From a virus: a stretch of DNA of 64,000 nt. How positions within the stretch are numbered: position 1 is the first letter of the stretch; every line of letters starts with the position of its first letter. Positions 27,647 to 38,739 of the stretch are shown here, one piece after another. Location of the stretch: the IMG/VR virus record IMGVR_UViG_3300010883_027240, positions 6,843 through 70,842 of that record; one strand, 5' to 3'. The position numbers were made by a program, and so were the translations under genes. Below the pieces are notes generated by a model. The model was not told where the DNA came from, did no database searches, and was given only the letters and a program-made list of their open reading frames with translations.

Positions 27647-29272
27647 ATGTCTTCACCAGCTACAAACGTTGTAGAAAGTACAGATTTGCAAAATGATATA
27701 TGGTTTGTAGATAGACCTGGGGGTACATTTGTTGATATTGTATCTCGAGACGGGGAAGGATTATTAAGAATACCATCTTCTGTAAATACAGCAGCAACGC
27801 TAAGACTTAATCAGTCTGTTCATAGAATAACTGCGTCTTTCCAGCAGATGGAATCATCGGGAGTTGGAGGCGCAAGAGTTGGAAGAGTGACTGTTTTTAC
27901 AGAAGGTTCAGTTGTTGATCACTTTGATTCTTTTCGACAGGGTAAAAATATTCAAAATCTAAGACAGTTTTCAAAGACTTTGCTGCCACAGATAACAGTC
28001 AATAGGTCTGACTTCTTAACAAGAAAGAATCGATTTAACTACAGAGTACAACAAATAGAATATGGACAAAGTACAAACTATAAAACTTATGATGAAAATA
28101 AGAAAAAGTTTATACCTTTTGAAGATTTTCCAGGAAAATTAAATCCTGTTGATTTAGTTAAAGCGGGCGACTATACACTTCAGTATATGATAATAACAGA
28201 CTTGACAAGAGATATGAATCAATTTGTCAATCCTGATAATTTAGATGGTGCAATAGAAGTTTTTGAGTCAAAAGAAAGTTTTGCAAATACAGGTTTTAGT
28301 GATATTCAAGTTAGAGGATTCAAGGCCAGCTTAACAAATCAAAATTATTTTGAAACTGGTTTCGGGGCTTCACCTATTGAAAACAGGTATGAACTAACTC
28401 AAAAAAAGCATAGCTTTTTTGAAGACTCAGCAGACTTACTATTTACAGACGAAACATTTTCAAATAAGCTAGGTTATGCAATAGCAACAGCATCACTTGC
28501 TTTGCCAGGATTTGTTTCAGATACTCAAAGAGTTATGTCACCGTTTAGCGAGCAAGGTCCAGATATAAAATTTCAATACAATAGACACTTGAGAGACTTT
28601 GTTGAAACAACAACATATCCGCAAGAAGCCGCAATTGCAGCTTTTGAAATTGCTCAGCATGCAACAGGTGCAGTAGTCATTACTGATTCGTTTGGAACAG
28701 TAAAATCTTATCACTTTAATTCATCTTCTAATGGTACAACACATGTCTCATTTACTAACACAGCAGGACAAGTAGTCCCTGCCGGAATTTGCGTTCAGTC
28801 CAATGGTATTTCAGCAACCACTATGGCGTCCGCATTCATAGCACAAGTAGCAAGTTCTACAGGTCACAACGGTACAATTTTAGGATCATCAGGTAATACA
28901 TCTATTGGTGTGTATGCACAATTAACTCAATCTATACTGCCTGGAATGAACGGAAATACTGGCAACACTATAATAAGCTATATTCCTGCGACAGCAAGCA
29001 CAGGCCCAATAGCTGGTTCAGCAACGCTAGGACCAAATATAGGACCAAACGGAGGAGATTCAGCCTTTAGATCAGGATCTAGTACACCATTTACAAGCTC
29101 AATAGGCAGGCAGTTGACTGCGCCAGAAATGGGAACAAGATTCAGGTCTTCAAATAGTGGTTTTATAATGTCACCAAATTACAGTAAGATTACAGGTGTA
29201 TCATTTGCAGATGAGGTTATAACTAACCCAGGGACAGATTCAATTGCTTTTATTGGAACAAGTAGATCATAG
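27647..29272 (+). CDS. Putative virion structural protein
   Basis: 541-aa ORF in the structural module with an S/T/G-rich internal domain. Confidence 0.6.
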   Translation: MSSPATNVVESTDLQNDIWFVDRPGGTFVDIVSRDGEGLLRIPSSVNTAATLRLNQSVHRITASFQQMESSGVGGARVGRVTVFTEGSVVDHFDSFRQGKNIQNLRQFSKTLLPQITVNRSDFLTRKNRFNYRVQQIEYGQSTNYKTYDENKKKFIPFEDFPGKLNPVDLVKAGDYTLQYMIITDLTRDMNQFVNPDNLDGAIEVFESKESFANTGFSDIQVRGFKASLTNQNYFETGFGASPIENRYELTQKKHSFFEDSADLLFTDETFSNKLGYAIATASLALPGFVSDTQRVMSPFSEQGPDIKFQYNRHLRDFVETTTYPQEAAIAAFEIAQHATGAVVITDSFGTVKSYHFNSSSNGTTHVSFTNTAGQVVPAGICVQSNGISATTMASAFIAQVASSTGHNGTILGSSGNTSIGVYAQLTQSILPGMNGNTGNTIISYIPATASTGPIAGSATLGPNIGPNGGDSAFRSGSSTPFTSSIGRQLTAPEMGTRFRSSNSGFIMSPNYSKITGVSFADEVITNPGTDSIAFIGTSRS

Positions 29273-29319
29273 AAACTGCGTAGGAATATACGTATATGTT
29301 AAAGTTAACGAGAGTGTAG

Positions 29320-32300
29320 ATGCCTAGAGTCACAAGATCAAATAAATTAGCTTATAGCCTGCTGACAGAAATGACAAGTCTAGAAGGGGATATCTATAAA
29401 AGTTTTAGTTCATTGTACGCATGGTATCAATTTGGTACTGACATTTCATCAAGCGGCAATCTAGTAGATCTCTCTGGGAACAGTAGAGATCTTCAGCCAG
29501 AAGACGCCGACGACAGACCTTTGGCTCCTACAGGTGATTCACCCGCAGGCCCAAGAGCGCCGACAACATTTCCGTCAAAAAGTTCTGTTTTCTCAGATGA
29601 TATATTAGAAGACAAGAGTGGTACTGCATCAAACTTTAGTTTTGGAAATGCCGCCTCAGATACTGATTCACCCTTTTCAGTGTCTGTATGGATTAAGACA
29701 ACAGACGCAACAACAACAGACCAGTATGTTATCAGTAAGTTTGACTGGTCATCTAATAACGATAGGGAGTGGATCCTTTTTCTAGACAATGGCCAGCCTA
29801 GATTTAAATTGACAAATACAGGCGCATCTTGGGGGAGTAATTATATAGAGTTTAGGCACTCTCAAACAATGAAATCAAATACGTGGTATCACATATGCGC
29901 TACTTATGATGGATCAACATTAGCAAGCGGCTTAAAAATATACTTAAATGGTTATGCTGATTCTGACATAAATGAAAAAAACGGCACCTACAACGGGATG
30001 ACCGGAGTCTCATCTGCAAAGTTTGCAATAGGCAACGCAGATAACGAGGAACCCACCGGCGATGTTATAGGTCCGTACGCTGAAGCTGCAGTCTGGTCTT
30101 CAAAGCTCACTCATGAAGAAGCCCGAGCACTTTACTCACTTCATAAGGGCATTGCTAAGCGTTCTTCTGGATATTTAAATATTCCGCCAAGACTAATTAT
30201 AGGTGAAAGAGACTGCGCAACTGGATCGTATCCCACTGTTCGTAGAATGGGAGACTTTTCCAGGTCAGGTAATTATAAAATACACTTTGATGATACAAAA
30301 ACTATACCTTATAATAATAAGATAGAAGATTCATTTACTCTGACAAATAAGAAACCAGGTTACACGTCATACTCAACAGCAATCAATGAAGATTATTGGG
30401 TTTCGTCTGGGAAGCTTATAATCAAAGAAGAGAGTTATGTAGCTAGTGAAGGCGGCGAAACATCCAAAGACGGCGCACTTTGTTTTTCAGGCCCGCTGAC
30501 AAGTAGCAAAGATACGTCAATCGACCCTGGCGGAAGGTGGATTAGAACAAAAAATAGACTAAGAAGCCCTACTTTGAGATTTGATGCTATAGTCGGCCCT
30601 TACAATCTTGACCCGGAAGGCCTAAACTTATACGCACCGACAATTTTTGAAACATTAAAAGTTCAAGCATCAATTGATCTTGTGTTATGGAAGACTGTTT
30701 TAGAGTTGTCACCTTTTACACTTTTTAATTATTTTGCAGATAGAGATAAGGTATCGATCAAAGAGATAGGTTTTGAACAAAATAGTAGAAAAAGAATACA
30801 AGTTGTATTAGGAAGGCAGGATTTTCTTACAGGCAGTGCATCAACACTTTCAGGCTCTTACATAAGAATCAAGCAGGAAAGAATTGATAATGAAAATGGT
30901 CCAGTGTGGGCCCTTGGAGGAATTGAGATAGATTCTTACGATCAAAGAAACATAGCTTATCCGCTTCTTTTACCGGCCCACACAAAAATTGCAAAAGATG
31001 CAGAAAGAAATATTATTGCAACACCTCACTTAACAGGAGGCATAGTTGTCCAGCATGGTAGAACAGTGTCTGGGTTAAGCGACAATCATATAGCTTTTAC
31101 ACCCGGAGAAAACTTTACACCGTTCAATGAGGATTCTGACTTTTTTAAACCAGACAATGTATTCTACAGACAGGGAACACCTTCAGAAATCATGCAAGGG
31201 TTCACATCGCCTGTTAGATCAAAAACAATAATTGACATTCCTTTAGCATGCACTGAACCGACAACTTTCAATTTTACAAAATTGACTGGCGTCCCGGACT
31301 CATCAACAGGCCGAGCCGAATTTGGATTCAGAATTGCTACAGGCATCACCGGCGCCGTATCATTTTTGTCTATGACAGGATCTATGTACGCGCTTCATCT
31401 CGGCACTTATGGTTCAAGTGGCGCCGGCGCGATTATTGGACAAAATCATAGCGTCCTGCTCGGAGCTTGCCCAGCTGGGGTAAGAGTTAAAACAGATGGT
31501 ATAGCTGTAGACACTATCGGTGCCGATATTGTTACACGCCTGAGAGGGTTAATTAGATCATCGGATGGTTTACATCCGCATGGGACTCTTATTCCTTCAT
31601 ACAACACAACAACAAAAATTGTTACAATAAAAGCAACACTACCGGGTGTAACACCTGCATTATATCAATCTCCGGTTTATCATATAGCACACCTGGCTGG
31701 CACCCCAGCTTCTGTGCTCGGTGGCTCGGCCGCAACCACAGCCGGCAAAAATGCAGAAGGCGCAGACGCACGTTTTAGATCAGGATCAGACGAAGTTCTC
31801 AATTATAATATTACATCAAGTCAGATGATTGAGCAAAGCACAAACAGCCCTGAAACAAGACATCAAGTAATGGGCTATTTTAACTTTAGATTGAATAAAT
31901 GGGAAAAAATAGCTAAAGGGTACGGCGCAAATGTATGTGCCACACCGCTTTCCAGACTTCAGGAAGGCGATCCTGTAGCTTACAATACAGGGACAACAGA
32001 CTTTCAAAGTAACCTGACAGCTAGCTTTTTAAGAGAGGCAGCAGTAGGTTTTGGGCCAATTTGTGCAATAAGTACTGGGTCAAGCGCGAATGATCTATCT
32101 GATCAAAAATTATATGACGATAGAATACTAAACACATATGTTAGACCCGTTGAACAATTTGGATTTCCTCTAGCAGCAAAATTTCATGCAACAGGAAGCC
32201 AAACTGTCAAAGCTAGAGACTTAGGTATAACAAGCCCATTTCTTTTAGAAAAGGTGGTTTTAGACTTTAACGCAAAGATTCAGAGTAGCAATCTTGGAAT

Positions 32301-34884
32301 ATTCCCGCCAGGAGATGATGGTCCTCATACAATTATAGGAACAGGAAGCGCAAGATTTCAACACTCATTTGCTTTTACCCCTCCTATCGCAGCAGGTAGT
32401 TCTTCAAGGTCGGAGTACGAAGCACTAATTGCTGGAGAATCAAAGACGTATCTAAGCCCACTAAATAAAGTGATGAGAATTAAAATACCGACATTTTTTA
32501 TCATGAGGCAATTCCAGAACAGAAGAAAAGTTTATACTAGAGTTAAAATAGGAGTAAATGATCTAGGTTCACAATCAACCAAGAGTCATACTGAATTTCA
32601 AGGATTAGAGTTTAAAGTGCCCGATACTGCAAAACTATCTTCTGCAAGTAATGCGGAGTCATATGTTTCAACAGATAGGGATTTAATAACTTACGGCCAG
32701 CTCACTGTAGTATATTCAGGATCGCAATCAGATCTCGTAGGAATTAAAGCCTGGCCGCATATAATTGATGATATTACCAATTCGTCGCTCAGAAGAGATG
32801 CCCTTACTGTTCTGCCTTTGAATGATAATAGTGGTGCAGCAATATTATCACATACAGGCTCTTTTAGAATAGAATTTCCTTGTAGACAAACAGGAAGATA
32901 TCCAAACATGCTAAGACTAAAAGTCTGGCACCCAAAGTCAAACGTTGTCAATGCTCCAGGCGGAGCATCAGCCCGGGCCATCAATCAGTTCTTCATAAAT
33001 AGTGCTGCCGGGGCAACTGCAGCATATACTTTAGCAAGAATTGGTCATGTTATGCTAGGATCAGAAAATCATGCCGGCCGCAGCTTCGGAAAGTTAGAAG
33101 CTTCTAGAGCGTATGCCGGCGGCCATCCTGTTAGAAGACCTTCATTTGATAGAATAAGCTACATAGGACAATCAAATGGTTCTAGTCCGTATACAAACTT
33201 AGTTGGCAATTCAAGTTTAACAGGCGCTATAGAATTCCCAGAAGCGGAAACGTTTGACAGAATATCACCTTACTTAATATTACCAGATGATGACTTGGTG
33301 ATAGGTTTCCAATATCCAATAACTTCAGAGCCTGTATTTGTACAGCCAAAACCCACAGATGTAGAATTTGGAATGACGTTGTACGGCGCCGGCAAGATAA
33401 GACTAGTAGGCTCACTTTTGCAAGATAAAAAGGAGATACATGACGGATTAAATCAAAATATATCTTCAGACGCAATACATGAGATGATAGGGTCTGAAAT
33501 TATTCAAGATCAACATGATCTCGCAGAAAGAGGAGAGCTTGAAGGTACGTTTATAGATCAACTCAATACATCACAAACAAAGTCACCATTAAGCAGGATT
33601 GGATCTAAGAATTACTCTGTTAATGAATTTGGCGATTCTGGAAAATCAAAGTTACCAAGCGTAGCTTACTATGCTCTAGTATTTGGAAGTAATAAGAGTT
33701 ATTTTCAGCCTAGGATTGACTGGTCTGGTATCAGTGGTGGTACGTATCACGGTGACATGATATCAATCCCTAGAAGTAATAATAGGTCAGAAGATATAGT
33801 GTTTGAAGCTAGCTATTACTCCTTTGGCGCATACTCACCAGTTGGAGCAGGTAGAATACCAATGCCGGGAGGATTAATATATCAAGTACTTGCTAACTTG
33901 ATTCCTGCAAGCTTTTTTGGTACAAATTTTGCTCCGAGTTATTGGACAGCGTTTAATTTCTTTTTAGCACTCTTAGATCCAAGAGCGTGGTATACACACG
34001 GTTGCTTTGCTGTGACGCCTCCAATACCCGATTTTTTACAATTGATTAATGGAACACCAGTAACAACTTTGATAATAGGGGTAGCAGGCGCAGATCCTTC
34101 TGTGGAAGGTGAAAGAATAAAAGTTTTCCAGTCTCCTGTACCATTGGGATTAGATTATCTCGCCGGCATCACCACAAACTTAGACGGTGACGGCACAGTC
34201 ACCTTCCTCGATAGTAATGAAATTTATGATGCCCCAGACCGGACTGGTAATCCGCTCGGCCTCGGAGTCGATGGAGGCGTCGGCGGCGGTCCATTTTTAA
34301 GTCTCGGACCTTTAACGGGTAGCTCTGGTGGCGGATCTGGTCTGTATTCATCAGCTGCAACAGCTCCAGGCTATTCCGGAAAATATTCTTTAGGTAGATT
34401 TTTTAATCTACAAGATAATAAGCGAGCCTACATAGACTCGTTATTTAAACAAGGTCACTTCAGACCAGGCACTTCGACCGGCGAGGGTACAATAGGTACA
34501 ATGCAATCAGACTTTAATGATAGCTACGGTGTTTTAAGACCAAAGTTCTATTTTAATCACAAAAAGTATGGTAACTTTTCTGATCTAATAGGGGGAGGCA
34601 GGGACTCAACTGCATGGCCGTTAGGATACACTAAAAATATGGGTTTGTCACTAGGGTCACCCGTTAAAGGGATATTCGTATCAGGTTCAAATATTGATGG
34701 AACAATCATTAGACAATATTCTAGATTACCGCTCTCAGCAGACGGAACGCTACTTATTTCTAGTACAGCAAGTAGCCAAAATAGATCACCAACATCACTT
34801 CTGACGTCCTCTCATGACGACAGACCTGACCACAGAGGAACAGGCGACAACTATTTTGTCACGCTTGTATCAGGCTCAGCATAG
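29320..34884 (+). CDS. Large virion protein with an N-terminal LamG/ConA-like domain (putative fibre/receptor-binding)
   Basis: DLSGNSRD, FSVSVWIK, WYHICATYDG, KIYLNG, FAIGN and AVWSSKLT..E...LY; 1854 aa. Confidence 0.75.
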   Translation: MPRVTRSNKLAYSLLTEMTSLEGDIYKSFSSLYAWYQFGTDISSSGNLVDLSGNSRDLQPEDADDRPLAPTGDSPAGPRAPTTFPSKSSVFSDDILEDKSGTASNFSFGNAASDTDSPFSVSVWIKTTDATTTDQYVISKFDWSSNNDREWILFLDNGQPRFKLTNTGASWGSNYIEFRHSQTMKSNTWYHICATYDGSTLASGLKIYLNGYADSDINEKNGTYNGMTGVSSAKFAIGNADNEEPTGDVIGPYAEAAVWSSKLTHEEARALYSLHKGIAKRSSGYLNIPPRLIIGERDCATGSYPTVRRMGDFSRSGNYKIHFDDTKTIPYNNKIEDSFTLTNKKPGYTSYSTAINEDYWVSSGKLIIKEESYVASEGGETSKDGALCFSGPLTSSKDTSIDPGGRWIRTKNRLRSPTLRFDAIVGPYNLDPEGLNLYAPTIFETLKVQASIDLVLWKTVLELSPFTLFNYFADRDKVSIKEIGFEQNSRKRIQVVLGRQDFLTGSASTLSGSYIRIKQERIDNENGPVWALGGIEIDSYDQRNIAYPLLLPAHTKIAKDAERNIIATPHLTGGIVVQHGRTVSGLSDNHIAFTPGENFTPFNEDSDFFKPDNVFYRQGTPSEIMQGFTSPVRSKTIIDIPLACTEPTTFNFTKLTGVPDSSTGRAEFGFRIATGITGAVSFLSMTGSMYALHLGTYGSSGAGAIIGQNHSVLLGACPAGVRVKTDGIAVDTIGADIVTRLRGLIRSSDGLHPHGTLIPSYNTTTKIVTIKATLPGVTPALYQSPVYHIAHLAGTPASVLGGSAATTAGKNAEGADARFRSGSDEVLNYNITSSQMIEQSTNSPETRHQVMGYFNFRLNKWEKIAKGYGANVCATPLSRLQEGDPVAYNTGTTDFQSNLTASFLREAAVGFGPICAISTGSSANDLSDQKLYDDRILNTYVRPVEQFGFPLAAKFHATGSQTVKARDLGITSPFLLEKVVLDFNAKIQSSNLGIFPPGDDGPHTIIGTGSARFQHSFAFTPPIAAGSSSRSEYEALIAGESKTYLSPLNKVMRIKIPTFFIMRQFQNRRKVYTRVKIGVNDLGSQSTKSHTEFQGLEFKVPDTAKLSSASNAESYVSTDRDLITYGQLTVVYSGSQSDLVGIKAWPHIIDDITNSSLRRDALTVLPLNDNSGAAILSHTGSFRIEFPCRQTGRYPNMLRLKVWHPKSNVVNAPGGASARAINQFFINSAAGATAAYTLARIGHVMLGSENHAGRSFGKLEASRAYAGGHPVRRPSFDRISYIGQSNGSSPYTNLVGNSSLTGAIEFPEAETFDRISPYLILPDDDLVIGFQYPITSEPVFVQPKPTDVEFGMTLYGAGKIRLVGSLLQDKKEIHDGLNQNISSDAIHEMIGSEIIQDQHDLAERGELEGTFIDQLNTSQTKSPLSRIGSKNYSVNEFGDSGKSKLPSVAYYALVFGSNKSYFQPRIDWSGISGGTYHGDMISIPRSNNRSEDIVFEASYYSFGAYSPVGAGRIPMPGGLIYQVLANLIPASFFGTNFAPSYWTAFNFFLALLDPRAWYTHGCFAVTPPIPDFLQLINGTPVTTLIIGVAGADPSVEGERIKVFQSPVPLGLDYLAGITTNLDGDGTVTFLDSNEIYDAPDRTGNPLGLGVDGGVGGGPFLSLGPLTGSSGGGSGLYSSAATAPGYSGKYSLGRFFNLQDNKRAYIDSLFKQGHFRPGTSTGEGTIGTMQSDFNDSYGVLRPKFYFNHKKYGNFSDLIGGGRDSTAWPLGYTKNMGLSLGSPVKGIFVSGSNIDGTIIRQYSRLPLSADGTLLISSTASSQNRSPTSLLTSSHDDRPDHRGTGDNYFVTLVSGSA

Positions 34885-34936
34885 GACTTAAACAAGCTTA
34901 TCTATTTAGCTTTAGGTTTATAAAATTTTCAGGATT

Positions 34937-34944
34937 ATAATTAT
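34937..34944 (+). promoter_or_regulatory. Candidate phage late promoter (ATAATTAT)
   Basis: Same motif class as at 20227 and 45762; precedes the GAGG RBS of the gene at 34961. Confidence 0.5.
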
Positions 34945-34960
34945 TAAAAGGTAGAGGTAT

Positions 34961-36010
34961 ATGGCAGGCATTTTAGATAGCAAGACTAGATTTATAGATC
35001 TAGTAGTCACGCAAGAAGGCAAACGACAGATAGCGTCAGGAGAATTAAGAGCTGTCTATGCCTCTATCAGCGATGCATCTGTCTTCTATGACACATCAGA
35101 CCCAACGTCGATTAATGATAAAATATATTTTGAAGTTGCTGAATCTCATTCAAACACAATTGTTATTGAGAAGGACGACAGCGGAAAACTTTTTGATTTT
35201 AATTTTTCACCAACAGGAAGTATCGTTGGAAATAATATTTTTGATAAAGACGCAACTGCAACAAATAGTTTAAAGCTAAAACCAGTAACAGGCAGTGCAT
35301 TTTCTTCTACATCAACTTCTTTAATGCAAACTTTCTTGACACACTTTAAGTCACATCAAATCGTCGGATCTAAAGAAGATGACGAAGCAAAGTTCAAACT
35401 AAGCAAAAACACTATTCATTTTGCAATATCAAACTCTGTACCGTGGAAAGATGGCCCAACTAATGAAACAGTTGATGTAGATGACGCAGAACCATTCTTT
35501 TTCGATTCTAAGCTAACTCATTTAAATAATTTTAAATTCTTACCACCTGTTAATACAAATGGATCAAATTATGGTATTCATAGAGACTTTAGATCATTAA
35601 AACGAGAGACGCTTGACGACATAAAGCGAGACTTAGGGTATTTTGGCTTCGCCACAATTGGAGACGACCAAAATGGCGGCAATACCTATGCACAGCGAAA
35701 GTATAGATCAGATAAAGCCGGCGATTTTGATGTTTTAAATAGAAAAAACAAAGTATCTGCCAGCGAGATAAAGCAATATCAGACAGTATATTTTGAAAAG
35801 ACTTCAAATAATAATAATTTACTTATGCAGATTTTTGAAGACGGACCAAACTCAAAACTAGCAAAACTTGATATTGTCGATGCAGGATCTTTCCACGATA
35901 AGGATGATAATAAACACCCGGAAAAAAGGATCTTCTATGTTGGGAAGGTATTTTTTGATAGTTTTAATACACCAACTTTTATAAACATATTTACAATAGT
36001 ATTTGAGTAG
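34961..36010 (+). CDS. Virion structural protein (N-terminus paralogous to 45787..46479)
   Basis: MAGILDSKTRFIDLVVTQEGKRQIA aligns with MGFLDHSTNNIIVDAVLTDLGRQSLA. Confidence 0.65.
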   Translation: MAGILDSKTRFIDLVVTQEGKRQIASGELRAVYASISDASVFYDTSDPTSINDKIYFEVAESHSNTIVIEKDDSGKLFDFNFSPTGSIVGNNIFDKDATATNSLKLKPVTGSAFSSTSTSLMQTFLTHFKSHQIVGSKEDDEAKFKLSKNTIHFAISNSVPWKDGPTNETVDVDDAEPFFFDSKLTHLNNFKFLPPVNTNGSNYGIHRDFRSLKRETLDDIKRDLGYFGFATIGDDQNGGNTYAQRKYRSDKAGDFDVLNRKNKVSASEIKQYQTVYFEKTSNNNNLLMQIFEDGPNSKLAKLDIVDAGSFHDKDDNKHPEKRIFYVGKVFFDSFNTPTFINIFTIVFE

Positions 36011-36014
36011 TAAC

Positions 36015-38738
36015 ATGTCACTAATCTGCACAACTGAAAAATTAGAAATTTTTGCACCCGGTACACCCAGTGACCTTGTGCCTCGAATAATTTCAACAAA
36101 TAAAATTACATTTAAAAAGTCTCCTAATGACGAACCTCAAGTATTTGATATTGTAGATGTAGAGTTTTATTCTTTCGTAGATCAGCGAAAAATACTAGCA
36201 AATGATCTTAGTAAGATAGAAGTTTTTCTTTCAAAGAAGCCTTTGGAAGAATATAAAACTAACTTTACACCATTTGATCAGGTAGATATCAGAAGTCAAA
36301 AAGAAATAAATGACATATTATATGACTACTCGTATACAATGCACGATTTAATAAGCTCGCACTTCAACGGGATACACAAGCTTTCAAATATGGATCCACA
36401 GCAACATATTAGAAAACCTGGAGTTAAAGTATCTACTATTAATAAGCAGACTGATAGAGAACTCTTCGGAGTTAGAAAAGTTTATAAAACAAAACAAAAA
36501 AGAAGACATTCTAGATTTAACAAGCGAAGATCCGACACGCTGAGCATTTTAAATCAAGAGCTTCAGAATCCAGTAAGCAATGATGGAGGCTTTGAAGAAA
36601 GGTTTAAAAGACAGTATAGAAGGGCAGTAAAAAAAGGTATTGATCCAATGATTTACTTGCAGGATCAAGATCATTATGTATCTATGGAAGAGCGTGTAAG
36701 AGGTCTTGGTAGGTTTAGAAAGCCAAGAAAAAGTAGGCTGAGAAATTATTTTAAAAATTATATAAATACTTCTTACGATGACGACAGAGGCGTAAATTTT
36801 GAGATTACTGTAAGTGAAGAATCAAGAAGGATATCAAGGATAAAGACCAAAATTAAAATGAATTCAGTATCGTTAATAGGGCTTTTTTCTGCAGGCTTTG
36901 AGTATGTTATTATGTTTGCATATGATAGATTTGGAAATAGAGTAGACTCGTCAGGCTACAAAATTGACCTACAACAAATGTTTGATGATTTTATAAATCC
37001 AACACTTGATTTTGACTTGATTGCTTCTAAAAATAAATACAACAATATAATATCAAAGATAATGAATGCAGAATTCCAGCCTGGTTTTTATAACTTATAT
37101 CAAAAAAGATTTAATTTTAACTCCCCTCCTTTGAGAACAGGGTTTGAAAAAAAGGGCTCGGGTCTTGTAGGCGCTAGAACATCTAAGAGAATAATTAATG
37201 GTACTCAAAATACCAAACAAAGACAGCGGGGCTATTGTAATACTAAGTCAGTTTTTCATAGAGTGACATTTAATCATCTAGGTCGTGAAATTGCAAATAC
37301 AAAAGCAGCTTCTGTAAGAGCAACAGAAACACCAGCAACACAAATTAATTGCAAGGTTATTGCAAGGGTTGATAATCAAAATGGAAAGATGATAGTAAGA
37401 GTATATGATTTTACAGATGAGGTTTCTTCATTCCGAGTTGTTAAAAGAATAGTAAGAGGCTTAAGAGGTTCAAACTTTAAGCCTGTCAAACAAATGGAAC
37501 AAAATAGACTTGTTGAAGTACCCAGAGTTATTATACAAGACAAGCCTAATGAATCTTATTCTTATGATGATGACGATGTTGAAGATGATGAAATGTATGA
37601 ATATGCAGCAATCCTTTATGATTCATCAGGTACAAAACATATGTCAGCAAGTAGTTTTTATGAAGAATACGTTAATAGAGACGAAATTGTCGATGTAAAA
37701 ATGCTAGCATCTGCAGCGAGAGCAATGCCACCGTCAAACTCAAGCGATTCATCTGCGCTAATTAGTCAAAAATTTGAAATTATTTTAAGAAAAACTGAAG
37801 ATGACATTGAAAAGGTAATCAATGCACTGTTTGGAGACAATAGGGCGCTTTTTGACGACGATCTTAAGGAAATAAGAGAGGGATCAAATCTTCTTTACGG
37901 TGCACGAGTAACAAGGATTGACTATTACACAGGCGAGGCAGTTTTTGTTGGAACATTTAGGGCACATAAACAATCCTCTAAGTCAGAAACTGCGAACACA
38001 GACATTCCAAAAAATCATAAAATTAGTTTTGTAGATTCAATACCTGCGTACTCTAGACAGTTGTACAAAATTGAACCTTACGCCGTTCCACCCACTCAAA
38101 TACTTGACAAGCTTATTGATACTTTAAAATACAAAGTTGCTAAAGATATGGGAAAAAGAACAGCATATGGAAGATTGTTGTTATCAAAAAATAAAATACT
38201 AAAAAGTGATGCAATTTCAAAAATTGGAAGTAAGTATGGATCAACATCGAAGAAGAAAGGTAAAATAACTGAAGATCTTTCATTTGTTGAGATTAGCAGA
38301 GGCGACATATTTCACGAAGGTTATACAGGCGATATCAGGTATTATCAACACAATGCTATGGAAAATATACCGCCCTTCGATGAAATAAGCCTTAAAGATA
38401 AGAGTGTAACTCAGTTTTATGCACTTGAAAGAGCTGATAGAGAAACAAGAAGTATATCAAAGAATTTTATGAAAGTCAACTTTCAAGTTGGAGCTGCTAA
38501 TAACTTGGTTGATTTTTATGTAATTCTAAGAGTTGAAAACAATAACCCACAAGTTGTTATTGACGGTGTTGTTCACAGTAAAGACAGCGATACAGCTTCA
38601 TCAAATAGTTATGCTTATAGCTATTTGTCTGAGACTAGAACCACAGTAGGATATATTAGCTATTTTGCTGTAGCTGTTTCTAAAATAGGGCAGCTCAGTA
38701 ATCTTTTATATATTGATGATATTCATCTAAGGAATTAG
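36015..38738 (+). CDS. Large hypothetical protein, probably structural
   Basis: ~907 aa from the ATG at 36015; FN3-like segment YSYDDDDVEDDEMYEYAAI. Confidence 0.6.
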   Translation: MSLICTTEKLEIFAPGTPSDLVPRIISTNKITFKKSPNDEPQVFDIVDVEFYSFVDQRKILANDLSKIEVFLSKKPLEEYKTNFTPFDQVDIRSQKEINDILYDYSYTMHDLISSHFNGIHKLSNMDPQQHIRKPGVKVSTINKQTDRELFGVRKVYKTKQKRRHSRFNKRRSDTLSILNQELQNPVSNDGGFEERFKRQYRRAVKKGIDPMIYLQDQDHYVSMEERVRGLGRFRKPRKSRLRNYFKNYINTSYDDDRGVNFEITVSEESRRISRIKTKIKMNSVSLIGLFSAGFEYVIMFAYDRFGNRVDSSGYKIDLQQMFDDFINPTLDFDLIASKNKYNNIISKIMNAEFQPGFYNLYQKRFNFNSPPLRTGFEKKGSGLVGARTSKRIINGTQNTKQRQRGYCNTKSVFHRVTFNHLGREIANTKAASVRATETPATQINCKVIARVDNQNGKMIVRVYDFTDEVSSFRVVKRIVRGLRGSNFKPVKQMEQNRLVEVPRVIIQDKPNESYSYDDDDVEDDEMYEYAAILYDSSGTKHMSASSFYEEYVNRDEIVDVKMLASAARAMPPSNSSDSSALISQKFEIILRKTEDDIEKVINALFGDNRALFDDDLKEIREGSNLLYGARVTRIDYYTGEAVFVGTFRAHKQSSKSETANTDIPKNHKISFVDSIPAYSRQLYKIEPYAVPPTQILDKLIDTLKYKVAKDMGKRTAYGRLLLSKNKILKSDAISKIGSKYGSTSKKKGKITEDLSFVEISRGDIFHEGYTGDIRYYQHNAMENIPPFDEISLKDKSVTQFYALERADRETRSISKNFMKVNFQVGAANNLVDFYVILRVENNNPQVVIDGVVHSKDSDTASSNSYAYSYLSETRTTVGYISYFAVAVSKIGQLSNLLYIDDIHLRN

Positions 38739-38739
38739 C

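Noticed and set aside
29320-34884. Diversity-generating retroelement target or invertible fibre cassette
   Set aside because: No reverse transcriptase, recombinase, near-identical template repeat or long inverted repeat was seen in the window.
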